From positions 11,098,001 to 11,162,000 of the forward strand of contig OZ004608.1 of the NCBI GenBank assembly GCA_963924565.1: DNA of 64,000 nucleotides, in the 5' to 3' direction. The first letter of the stretch is position 1, and every line of letters starts with the position of its first letter. The notes below the pieces were generated by a model. The model did no database searches and had not been told where the DNA came from. It worked only from the letters and a program-made list of their open reading frames with translations. Made by a program: the position numbers and the translations under genes. Positions 39,401 through 52,300 of this stretch are shown here, in pieces. The stretch is from Ascidiella aspersa (lineage: Eukaryota).

Positions 39401-42400
39401 TACCAACACGGAGAAGATCCGCCTTTCAAAGGAGCAATAACCAGCGGATTCCCGCTCGATTAATCAACATATTGCGCCACGTCTTCTCGAGGCGGCCATT
39501 GTCCGCTATGCAAAGACAAGATGGCGTTACGCCAGCTTGCTTTGAACTTCCAGAAGCGTCTTATTGCGGGAACGGTATGATCGAAATCTGGACAGATGAT
39601 GACGGGACCATCACGAGGGAATTCAATGCATATTTTCGCCCAGGGACCGTGTTTTTGGTGGAGAAGGAACATAAACAACGAGTTATCAGGCTAAGAACTA
39701 AGGCTACACAATTATCTAATGTCTAATTCTAAACAATAAAACCATTATCCAAGTGGCTGAGTGGCTGAACGAAACTGTAATCAATACTCACGGTTATATG
39801 TTGGGACATGACGCCGGACGATCCTTCTATAATTAGAATCTCTTCTTTAAAATTTGACCTATTACGTTATAATTAGAATTATTGGGGAGAGTTTAAAAAT
39901 TACATCCCACGATAAATTCATTTTGGTCCCAGAATAACGGTAATGTGGTAATGGACTGATGACGTAAAGATCAAATTCTTCCCGTTGCCTTGTGACATTA
40001 TCAATCGTGTCCTCTTCTCAAAATACCAGAAACTTCGCCGCCCTTTCGCCCCAACACGTCTCCGGGACAATGGCGACCTCTCCTCCCATCCATTTAGAGC
40101 TATAAACGCCGCCGTGGCGATGCCTAATAGTAAAAAAGCCTATGTTTTTACGCCGGCGCTTCTGATCTCAAATACGAGCTGTTCTTCGGCCCGGTCGTGT
40201 TTTGTTTAACCGCCGTGTCCCCAGTTTTTGCGACGCGATTTATAACTGGCATTGTTGGGGTGTTTGCGTACGGCATATATACCGGTCTTATCTTAACGGC
40301 GCTTGCATTTAGCGCACCGCCCGCTCTGTTTGCACCGAATATCCTCCACAAAGGCTGCGAGCGAGATGGGGCGGGCGGACCACCGCAAAGGACGCGTTAA
40401 GACACAATAAAGCGGTGTACTATGTGATTGGAACAAGGGCGTCGATTTATCACCTGAGCTTATTATGAACTTGAAAGTTTTCGCCGGGCCTGGACGATCT
40501 TTGTTGCGCCCCAGCCAACCAGGCACCTTGGCGATGGCAATGCGACATAGTTATGTTTAATTAATTCCGTGCGCTATTGTGGCGGACATAAAGCGAGCGT
40601 CGATTTTAGTTTTAACCGACCAAACATGACAGACCGCGGCGGCGGCGTTGCTTTGGTTTGTTTTTCGCCGAAATTTTAATTTTATTTGACAAGGATCGCT
40701 TTCCCACTGCGTTACAAACGTGATGGATCGCAAATTTATCCAGTCCAAACGAAATTCTCGCGATCGGCCGCTTCAGACGATGCAAGACACACAAAGAGAA
40801 TTAATCCTCAAAGTTATTGCAATTCGACGCTATTTAATAACCGTGTAAGATTGTTTGACTTCTTTTTTGCGGTTGCGCTTGCAAAACACCTTTTTACATT
40901 GGTGTTATTTCGTCATATTTTACCTATTTATATAGGTTTTGTTGTAGTTCGGGTTAATTTATTACTAACGCCGTGACTTATTGTCCAAACGCCTGTATTT
41001 TTACATTTTCAATTCAAGTCATTTTTTTTAATTAAACGAAATCAGCGATTTATATCATCAGCCTCATAAGGTCGTTTAAAAGTGTATTGAGAGTGCATTT
41101 ATATCAGCCCGATTTGCGTAAGTTGTTTAAAATGCTAAAAAAACATATTTAAACAGGCGTAATGGGAGAATAGTAGCAGATTAAATTACACCAACGTAAA
41201 ATTTGAGGACGAACATAATTTTTCTTTGCAATAAGACATAACTTGGACTTAAAAACAACATCAACGTCGGGATAAAACACAGTTTGGAATAAAACCAAAA
41301 TACGACTAATATCTAATAGTCGAAATAATGAAACGTGATTTTGTGTCGTTAGCTTTCAGCTGGCCAGTTTCACACAATTCACACAGTAAAATTATTCTGC
41401 TGCAGCCCGCAGAACGCTAATGGCCCCTGTGAGTGTTTTCGATTTCCCTATTTACACTCACTTGGCGTCAATATCACGGGCACTTGCCTTAAGCTTAGGT
41501 CGTGCTTGGCCGAGCAAAGATCCGACACTGACCGCTTGCTTGTCCAGCCATCGGGGGCCGTGGGACTGGAGCGGGGACCCGGGTAATATTGCCGGGCGCT
41601 GAGCCGAGATAGAAATCTCATCACTCGGCAGCTTTTGACCTCTAAACAGCTGTCAAGGGCACATCAAGGGCGGGCTGTGATTTCGCCGAAAGCTGCGCTT
41701 GCGCTGATAAGAGGGTTCGGACTTTTTAAAGCACTTTAACTGCTTGAAAACGCGCCTTCGCGGCTGCCTAAAAAGTTTGCAGCATCAACTGTGTACATAG
41801 TCGCATTTAGCCGATACTTGACTGGACTATTGCTATTTCCCGTTGCGCACCTCTGACAACTTATTTACCCCACGACATCTTTAAAGTCACTGCCAAGAAG
41901 AAACATACAGTTTAGAAATCAATTGCCAATCTACACGTAAGTGACCCACATAACAAAGCAGGATATATCAAATTATCCATAATGCTGACTATAAAGCCTA
42001 TCTAAAGAATTTTTTTCTGTATCTCGAAGAAGTTTTAAAATACGTATTCCAACTGATTCATTTCTCAAGATTTTAGCCTCTTCTTGAGCATATTATCAAG
42101 TTACAAAAACACATTTACGAAAAATGTTAACAAGAGTGAAAACGTTTTGGGCCGAAGCGCTCGAACTGTGACAGAGTATTATAAAATATATATCATTTGC
42201 CCACTGTTTCCCGTGTAGGTTTGTAAATCGAAACCCCTATACACAATAAACAATGCAATAAACGGAATGTTAACGAACGCATGGGGTTGGTGGGATTCCC
42301 TCGCACCTGTTGTTGCCTCATAAACCGCTGTCGACAAACAAGCGTCGACGGCGGTCATTTGTCAGCAAGCCGACCCGCATCAAAATAAAATCAGTGCAGG

Positions 42401-45400
42401 TGAAGACGAGGTGTTGGACAACGCACGGAGCGCCTTCTCAATCTTGTTTGAGTAGCGGAAATCCAAGACAGCGTCAACATTTGGCGAGCGCTTTGTCGGA
42501 TCACTGTGTGACAATCAACGGCAAGGGGTTCCAGCGAGGGGCAAAGAGCCGGTTTCCAGACTAATGCGGGCGGTCACAGGTGTGCCGCGGGGGCCACGTC
42601 GGGGTCCCACGCACCTGGCCCTCGGGCAACTGATACCGTGGGTGCTGGTGTTGTTTCAAGGGCTCTACCGTCCCCGGGTCGCGTTTAGGCTATTACCTTG
42701 GCCCGGCTTGAGCCAACCGCAATCAGCTACACTTGATATCAAGGCAGCAGTAAGTGGCGTGCATTTAGCACCTCTTTAATTCCACCTCTTTCTCTCATTT
42801 TGGTCGCGAGACGGTTTTCTCTTCGTAAATGTTTTGTTTGGACAGATGCACTTTGTGTCTTGCAGATTAATTTCCGCCGTCGATTAGAACCGACTGTCGC
42901 GGGCGCTCAAGGGCTGCTGGCTTTACGGCACCTGGCGCTCGCCTAATTAAGTGATCGCATCCCGGCGCTATTGTGTCGAAATATTTTAGTGAAGGGCCAT
43001 AAAACTTGCTATTTGTCTTCGCTTTAAAGGTCTATGGCGACCTGTGAATCTAATATTTTGATAGATGACAAAGGGAGAAATTACAACAAAAGCAGCATGT
43101 CCAAATAGATTTCATGGAATAAAATGTTAAATGATATTTCAGGCAAATATTAGCGACGCCGTAAAAGTAAAATTTTGCAGCGTCTTAATAATTTAAAAGG
43201 TCAAGATCTATTGCTACTTGGTAAATTACACAACTTATAAAATAAATGTTAAATATTGATTCAACGAAACACCTGGCGTTTAAAAAACCGTTAGAAATAA
43301 AAACCGGCCTAACCGTTTGGCTGTAATTCTAAGGTTTACGGCCGAACAGTGAAATGTTACGATGTAGCGCTTAGAGATGAGCGCGATATTTCCAAACAAG
43401 GGTTTTACGATATTAGCCTTTTCCGCATGTATTAGCTTTTCCGCAAGTAGTAGCCTACTATAGATACGTGCCGAATACTGTATAGTAGCCCCGATTAAAA
43501 TTTAAATAGGTCGTTCATTCATGGTTCGCGACCTAACAACGATTTGTTTGCCTAAAATTTACACTTTGTCTAAAAATGATTTGTCGTTAACTAAAGTAAG
43601 CTAAAAGTAAAAAGGAGGACAAATTGCAGCTAAACAACTGAAGTAAACTAAAACGCGTGAAGGCAAATTGCAGCTTGATTAGGTGATGAATAGGATCGTT
43701 ACACTTTTTTTTTTAAAGTTCAGCTACCTCAGAGGTGGTGGGGTTAGCAATAAACTTTTTGGTTCGACTGTTTTGTTTATTTGACCATAAAATCGCGTAT
43801 CTGGTATCGGATGGGACATATGTACTTTTAGTCCAAAATATTGGGTATGGGTATCAAAATAAATAACAATTTTTTCCTATTGAAAAGCCAAATCTCAACT
43901 TGCGGTTGCACAGGAAAGGGTCGCCGAAAGGACACGAGACGCCGTCTGACCACCGCTGGCTGCTGTCTTATGCCTTGTACAAACTGCGAGTGCAGGCGAT
44001 TGGCTGTTTTCACAGACTCGTTCCACGCCCGGATTAGACAAGGGATTAGTGTGAAAACAAAGGCTGGGCTCCGCCCGACGACTGAAGCGGCAGCTTTCAA
44101 GTCGCAACCTTTCTACTTGGCTTTGATGCGCTCACGTGTAGCGCGTCAGTCACGTAATAGTATAAATCAACCTACTTGGCAAAGTATCAAAGTGAGTTGG
44201 CAACTTGAACTTGGCTATAGGCACCGGACCTTTCGTCCAGCGTCAACATTCCCATTCGACTGGCTGGGGTCGGGCTTCGGGCAAACGAAGACTCGCGACC
44301 CAAATTATTGTGCTCCAGTTAATTGCCGTGACTGTTTGTTTTCGCTAAGTCACTTTGAAACGTAAATTGAGGGATGATTGAATTCGACAAAACGTTTCTC
44401 CGAACTTAGTAGCGAAGAACACGTCATCGATTTTTATTGTCGATTTTAACCATGGTAATGAATTCGCAACGTTGTGTATAATTTACAAATATTCTTAAAT
44501 CTTGTCATAATAATTGGCTGTTAGTTTTGTTGTTACTCAATCTCACTTTTTTATTAGTGCCGTGTTTTACAGTTGGTACAAACGTTGACCACTGAAACGA
44601 ATCACTACTTTTTGCCTGACTATTTTTTTAAATATTTTGACACTTTATTATAACTATATAGATGGAATACTACGTTTCAGTTACAATTCCACCAATTTCC
44701 GATGCAAATTAAATTCAACTTGTCACATGTTTTACGATGACAACCCGTCTTCATTCGCCGAATCAATATCAGTGAAAAACGCACAATTCCCTCACGACAA
44801 CCCCAGCGATTTTCGCACGCTTTTATGACGCGGCTTCCGCGCCTCGCATGATTTAACGCCGATGCGTCGGACGTTGTTTTACATTAGGGGCGCATTACGA
44901 AACGGCGCTCGGCCGACGGGTGGGAAATACTGTGTCGTTTTATTGCGCGCATATTGCAATATGCCACGGCGAGTTAAGCGACAATGCTCGCGAAAGAACA
45001 ACATATAAGCTACAAAGTTCGTGAACCTTCCGTGAAAGCAGCTTTCAATTTTTGTTCGCAAGTGACATGTTACGCCACTATTCACATTTAACTCTTTGTA
45101 CTTTATTTTGAAGATAAAGAATATTTGGCCGTAAAACAAAATAAATTTTACATTTTGCAAAGTAGTGTTTTTTGGAGTTTATTAACAGTAATCGTAAACT
45201 GACTTTATCTGAAAAAACTACTCTAACAGACCAACATAACCCCAGTGTAGGCTTTCGTCACTAAATGTTAAATCAAGTTCGCAGACTGCTTGATTTTGGT
45301 TGTTTTGTGTTTACCATAATATGCGTTAGGTGGCACTGTTGCGTAAAGGTGAAACGACGACTCTGGTTTAGGTATAATTATAAAAATGAAAAAAAAGCTT

Positions 45401-45800
45401 TTTATCTTTAATGCGTGGCCACACAATATCCGTTTTTGCACAGTGTAATATTTACTTTTATAAATGTAGTCCAATATCTGTCGCGAAAACTATAATGATT
45501 GCATAATTCGGTTACTCCGTATTTGTGGTCATTTCTAAAATATGACGTTTTGTCGTAAACTTAAACTGCTAGTCAGCTTATACACTTTAAATAGAACCAA
45601 AATAAAATGGCGGCACATATTTTTGACTTTCCTGTCCCATTTGCAACTCATATAAAATACTCATATCCCTGAGTTCCTTGAAAAAATGGCTCGCTTAAAA
45701 TACCTTATCTGGCAACATTTATCTGACAATCTTTTTTAGCCCATAAATACTTGACGACTTTTTCTTCTTGCTAACTATAACCCTAAGCTATATCGATAGC
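36500..45800. promoter_or_regulatory. Non-coding regulatory desert downstream of FoxD
   Basis: No credible exons; alternating CpG-rich modules and AT-rich spacers. Confidence 0.55.
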
Positions 45801-45859
45801 GGCTCAAAAGTTGTTCTTGTGTAATTATAACTTTTACAAACTGTGTTGTAATTATAAGT

Positions 45860-45865
45860 TTTATT
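45860..45865 (-). terminator. Probable FoxD polyadenylation signal AATAAA
   Basis: TTTATT on the plus strand about 650 nt past the FoxD stop codon. Confidence 0.45.
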
Positions 45866-46508
45866 GGCTTGATTGCAACATGAGAAAAAACACAAACACA
45901 CATAACGACGTGCACCTTGCGCACGATCGACACGGAACGAACAAAAATAATAAACAACGCGGGAAAAGGGGCACGTCATCAATGACGTCACGGCGTGAAG
46001 AAGAGGGCGGGAGTGAAGAAGACAGCGCACGCGACGATTTACGAAAATTTCACAGGGATTTGGTTTCGAAAACACGCGGGCAGAACACCTTGTGAGACTT
46101 TTACGTTTTTTTGGAAATCGCTTTTCTACTTGGAGTTTTCGCAGTATTAGCGAACTCAATTGTCTGTGGAATCCATGAGAGACTGTAGCATTTTTTGTGT
46201 ACGAAATGTATTGCCAAAAGTACAGAAAACGCTATTCGCTGTCTCCATTCAAAATAACACAGCGGTAACGGGCGGTGGACACTTGCGATTGCATGCACGA
46301 CATAACGCATATATATAGAGAGATATTTATACTGCATAACTAAAATGAAATGACTGGGCGTATAATTTCGGTCAGCGTTCGGACGACAACACTCTGGCAG
46401 TGACAAGCTTCGAATGGCTTCTTTTCCACCTCGAAACCCTTGGCCCTTGCTCGAAGATATAGGGCTTGAAAAAATCCTTCTGGCTCCTGAAACCTAGAAG
46501 AGAACGGA

Positions 46509-49396
46509 TCACGTGGTGCGACCGAAGCATGGCCAACCGGCCAAAGGAGGAAGAATCCCGCTGGCGGAACCCTGGAGGGGATTTCCCGGTTGAGGGGCCC
46601 CAGGAAAGCCGGTGAAGGGATTAGCAGAAGCGGCGGCGGCCAGAAGGCCTCGTGACATCAGGGGGTTCTGGTACAACTTGGCCACCATGTCATAGTTCGT
46701 GAGCAAAGGGTTTGCCGCGGATGTTGGGAAACCGTGCGGAAGCCTGGTAGCGGAGGACGGATGGGGAAGTGCGTGCTGGATGACTCTCTCCGGAGTCGGA
46801 CCTCTTTTGGCAGCGAGTTCGGCGGCGTGAGATCGGCGCGCCTCCTCGACTTGTCGTCGGTCCTCGGCGTGGTGATGACGCGCCGCCGAAGAAAACTTTG
46901 GAGTGGATGTTGCGGAGGGATGTATGGAGGAGGCGAAGTGACTCATCCTGGCGACTGCTCTGGATGATTCGCTCGGCGACGAAGATCGCGGCGGCGACTT
47001 GGAGCAGGGAGAGACCGATGGCGAAGAGTGAGAGTCAGATCCGTGAGAGGACCTCCGCTGTTGCAAGGAGTCGTCAGATGAGGAGGAGCATGCCTGCTTC
47101 CCAATAAGGGACTCAATAGAGAAGGGGGAGTGCCTCTTCGTCTTCTTAGGCTCGTCCTGGGCGGGCGCTGGAACGTAAGGGGGCGAGACGTTGTTGCGCG
47201 AAGCAGCATTAGCGAGGCTCGCGACTGAGAAGAGTCGCAGCTCGGTGCTCTCTCTTGGCAGGGAGGGGTTGGCGGCGTAAGTGCTGGGATTGAACGATCC
47301 CAGAAGCGGGTTTGCGCCGTGGAAGTTGACGAAAGCGCCACTCAGCAGTGCGGCTTGGCGGGATGCGAGCTCCTGTGGGCTCATAAGGGGCACAGCAGGC
47401 GGCAGCGGGTTCATGTACGCGTAAGAGTTGAGCGCCGCGGCCATTGCAGCTTGCTGGTTGGCAGCCGGAACTCCGTAAGCGCGTCCGTAAGGGTTTGGTG
47501 CGCCGCCCATGCCGAACATTGGGTCGCGGAAGGGGTCGCGCTGCTGGCGCTTGAATCGCTTGCGTCGGCGCAGAAAGGATCCGTTGTCGAACATATCCTC
47601 AGCCTCAGGGTCCATGGTCCAGTAGTTGCCCTTTCCCGGGTTGCCGGGCTCACGCGGGATCTTGACGAAGCAGTCGTTGAGCGAGAGGTTGTGCCGGATC
47701 GAGTTTTGCCAGGCAGGGAACTTGGCGCGGTAATAGGGGAATCGGTTCATGATGAACTCGCAGATGCCGCTCAGTGTCAGCTTCTTCTCGGGCGACTGCA
47801 GGATTGACATTGTGATGAGTGCGATGTAGGAGTAAGGCGGCTTGACGTCCTTCTTCTTATCGTTTTCATCCGAGTCCTCCGGTCCGGGGACCTTCTCGCA
47901 CGCGGCCTCATGGTCGGAGTGATCAGCGGCGCTTTGAACAGGAGACTCTGCGTCTTTTGCGCACTTGGCATCGACGACGCCATCTTGTTTCTCGTCGCTG
48001 ACGGCGAGGTATTCGGCCGGCATAGGGCGCTCGAATTCCGGCGAAGAAACAGCGGCCTGTCGATCGGCGGGTACGTGCTGGTCGCTGTATGTTGGCTGGT
48101 GGCAGTGGTGGTAGCGCGGTGCAGGCGATCCGACAGAAGTGACATCCACGTCAGCATCTAAAAAAGCAACAAAATAATTTATTGTTTTGATCCAGGCAAA
48201 TGAACTGTATTATACAACGGGCGAAAGGTCGAGCGCAGATCGCGTAAACTGTTTTAACGCTTCTGTTTGCAATAGCAACAAATCAAGTAGTGGGAGAAAT
48301 AATATTAAATTTATCGGCCACGCTCGGCGTAGCGTGAGACGCCCCGGTCTCGCGAACTTGATTTTTCGCGCGCCCCTGCCATTGACAGACACGCTCTTGC
48401 CAGGCGAAATCTGCTTCGGCAGCATGCGCCGTTAATTATCAGCGCGGCGTAAAGGTGATGATGGCGAATCAGTCCGCTAAAGCAATAGGGCTTTGATCGG
48501 GGATCTGGCGCGACGACAAGTGATACGCCAGCGCACTGATCTTATGCAAACTGTTGGTAATGGCCAGATTCGACGGCCCCGAGCCGCCTTCTAACTCGAC
48601 TTTGAACTCTGATTATTTGCGAAGCTTGGGTGAAATTATTTACGTGACATGGTACGAAAAGTTTTATAATAAGTTTCGCCTACTGAAATATTTTTTACAG
48701 TAAAATAAAGGCAAAACAAGAAGTAAATTTAACACCCCTTCGCTATAGCGATTGAGGTTGCTGTTATTTGTTGTTTTCTAGTCTTACTAAAGCTAGATAT
48801 TTTTTAACCAAATAATATACTTAATGTCGCAACGACAATTGTCGCCATACAGGAAAAAGCTAAACCAAGGATGTGCTCAAAGCTTGCTACCAAGTTTTTT
48901 TATGCGCGATCTTACCTGTCACGTCGTGGGCGGGCGAAAATCTGCCGAGAATGTTGGTGGAGTTCATCGGGCTCACGGAGGATTTAAGCTGGTCCTGGAG
49001 CTGTCTTACTGCGGCGTTCATAAACTGCAATGCGGACATATCGCGTGTGAAGCGATCCGGATGCTGCGGCGGAGAAGAAGAGCGATTCTGCTCGGTGGAG
49101 GAATCACTGGATGCACTCCGGCTTGAGCTTGGTCGTTGGTAGGGGTGGTGGGAAGCTGGACCGGCGACTGAGGTCCTTGCTTCGGTGCGGCGTACAGGCC
49201 CGCCTCCAGGCTGCTGTGCGTGCTGCTGGTAATCGTAGGCGCTCATACCGAAGCCTTCGGATCTCTGTTGGTGCTGGTGCAGGGCTAGCTGCTGCTCAAA
49301 GTGACGCTGTTGGAGGCTGCTGTGGTGAGCGAAATGTGGAAGCTGGTGGCGGTCTTCGACGGCTTGGTTCGGGTGCCCGTAGGTCTGGACGGTCAT
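46509..49396 (-). CDS. FoxD: Forkhead box D transcription factor, 709 aa, 2 coding exons
   Basis: Exon 1 49396-48916 (donor ACAG|GTAAG) and exon 2 48157-46509 (acceptor TTTTAG|AT) join in phase 1 to give the acidic DADVDV motif. Forkhead domain at about 47548-47843 ([92 protein letters not shown]) is FoxD-type. eh1 motif FSIESLIG at 47100-47123. Confidence 0.96.
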
Positions 49397-52300
49397 CCTT
49401 CTTCTGCGCTTATTTTTGCTGCTGCTGAACGATTCGAGTTCGCTTCAGGCTGGCGATTGAGCTTTGCTTTTTTCTCTCTTTTTTCGACAAGCTTTCGTAT
49501 AGACTTGTTGTCAGATATTATTTGCAAGTGCTTTTATAGAATCATAGGTCGATTGGCTGAAATGTAAAATGGCTTTGTTAACAACACGGTAATTATTACA
49601 ACATAATTAAAATTTAATTTGATAAAAGTAAAATAAAGATGACACTTCCTATCATATCAAAAACTTTCTGCAAAATCCTAACGTTTACAACGATGTCTTA
49701 TACTTGCAAGCTGCTACAATCTATGCAATGATTCTAAACGCTTAGTTGTCCAAGCAATTTAATAAGTCTTAAATAAGTCGTGGTCTGCGCTTGGTGAGCG
49801 GCTAATGAGAATGCATGTCCCGATGACCGGCGCTTGCCAATATATGTTGCGACTTTAGCGCACGCCGGACTGCCGAGGGAAAAAAGGAAAAACAAAGACA
49901 GTTTCAAAGCCAAGACCGCGCAGCGCGCCGTCGTGTCAAAGATTCGGCGCACGAGGCCAGATTAAAACGAGCTTATGATGGCGATAAGCTAGGAAGCATC
50001 AAAACGCCTTGTTGTATTTGTTTGCGACGCGAACACAGCCCAACGTCCAACAACAAGTTGCGTTCGTCCACTGCTGGTCGCCTCCCTAACATCGGGCAAC
50101 TTTGAAAATGGCGAGGGTCAATATTTGTCGTGCGCAAATACGCGAACGACGCGCACCGAAGGCTGCTTGAAGATTTGTTTAGTCGCATCGCAGTTTCCGG
50201 TAATCCCTTGGGGTGGCGACGAGTTTACTCAAACACTTGAAACTAAGCCATTACTTCGAGTGAAAAAAGTCGCTGGGAATCGCACTAAATGGGGGCAAAG
50301 TTAGCTGTTTCAACCATTGGTTGAATTGTCGTTAAAATAAACGTTGTTTTACCACGCGCGCTTTAGCAAATTTCAAGGTTAAAAAAAATTGTTTAGATTA
50401 TAATTAAAAAGAAAACTTTCTTTTATATACAACGTAACAAAATATTTCAGCTTCTAAAAACAATGCAAATTTCGTAGCCTTTTCGTCACGTATTGTAAAT
50501 TGTCAGGTCAATCTGTTTTCCAATTCGAGTGGCGCAGTTTAATTCCGAATCAAGACGACAAAGTGTATCGACACACTTGACGTACACCGAGCGACGGTTG
50601 GCGCGTCCCCCTTGATTTCGACGACTGCCCCGTTGTTGCCAAAACAATCGAATGTCGGCGATCCGTTACAAAATGGCGCAGCGCGGCCCGAAGATGTATT
50701 GCTCTTCGCGGCTGATCCGAACTACCACGAGACCGAATCTTTCAAGTGCGATATTGTTTCAATTGAGACGCTTCAATGTACGGAAACCGCGCAAAAGCAA
50801 AAATGCGACCTGACGCTAAACTGAAACAGCTAAACTCGACACGAATCTTGAGTATGGAATTTCGATCCTACTATACTAGAGTGTACGCGAAATTACTTTG
50901 CTCATCCCCCTTCTGTTTATTGTCATTGTGTTATAACCTTATCTTCATACCGAAACCTTAAAAATACTGGTTGTATAAACAGCGTTTTTTGCACCTTTTC
51001 TTAAGTTAATCTATTTTTAATTCTTACCTGTATATCTCGGCTTAAATATTTTTAAATTAAGGTGAAACCAAAGCGCAGTAATACTAATTTCAAAACACTG
51101 CCAACTATTTTAATTGCTCTAATTGACTCTGCTTAGTAAAGTACATGCGACTACTTATGATGCTGAAGCACACTGTGAATGATCATCCAACAACTCGACT
51201 CCATATTTATGCGCCTTTCACTTTTTCCCGTTGTTCCAATTGGCCTTAGAAGCGCCTTTGATTTAGCACCACAACGGTGGCAAGAACACTACAATGAAAA
51301 CATTATTGCGTCGGTACAACTGAGGCCCGGGCCCAGGATCGAATGCAAATAGAGATAAAGCGCGGAATCAAAAAGCGCCTGGGCCCGCATTCCGTCTGTG
51401 CTTTCACATGCGGCACGCTTATCGCTCCCTAATCAGACACACTTGGCCATTTCTATGCCTTCATCAGGCCAGCGCCGTCCCCCGAACTTTGCCGGGGCCC
51501 TTTTAGATTAATGCCGGCCGCGCGCTATTCTAAAGATAGACGTGTTTACCGACCGCTATCAAATTTTATCACAAAGAAAGTGAGCCCGCGTTTGTTCATT
51601 TCGCCGGCTTACACCAGCGGCAGCCATATTGAATCATCATTCTCGCCTTTTAAGTTATTCAATTAAATAGATATTTCTAATTTCACATAAAACAGTCAGA
51701 ACTGAAGCGCCTATAACTAATGCTCAACTCTTAGCGCATATTCGTCAAAATTATAGCATGCGAAATGCTAAGTTAAACTTTGCCTCACCACAGCCTGCCT
51801 TAGTCGCTTCCCCGAGGTCGACTTTCTCGACTGACTTGCCTCTGGATTTCGAACTGGGCTCGGCGGCGGACGAGAGTAACGGAGGGAAGAAATGCGGCTG
51901 ATTTACGGCCTTCGCTTGGCGCGCGGCTCGCGTAAATGGCAAGTTTCCCAGCGAAGGCTATTGGCGACGGGCTTATGGCGGGTCACAATCTTTTTCGGGG
52001 ATTTGCTTGGTTAAAACTGAAGACAAATCGTTGTCTTTTTTCCTTGGCTCCCCTTTTTTGCTGTTGTGAAATACACGACTGAGCGGGATGAGCATTAAGG
52101 TTTTTCTGTTTTGAAATATTTTTTAGTATTTTGTACGCATTCCTTCAAGCATTGACAAAACTTGACATTTTCGCACACTTCACCTTCAGGATTTTCACAC
52201 TCCTAAAAATGTAATCATTATTTTTTTATCAAAAATCAACAAACAATCTCTCATATTTGCAAGGTCCGCGGATTAGAGCATTCCGACTTAAAGAAATCAA

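Noticed and set aside
40979-40995. 13-nt match ATTGTCCAAACGC to miR-219
   Set aside because: The seed is mismatched, the 3' end diverges and there is no complementary arm for a pre-miRNA hairpin.
44949-44964. Perfect 16-bp palindrome GCATATTGCAATATGC
   Set aside because: About one such palindrome is expected by chance in 64 kb.
46734-49567. Overlapping alternative-frame and antisense ORFs across FoxD
   Set aside because: Expected by-products of GC-rich coding sequence; no recognisable domains.
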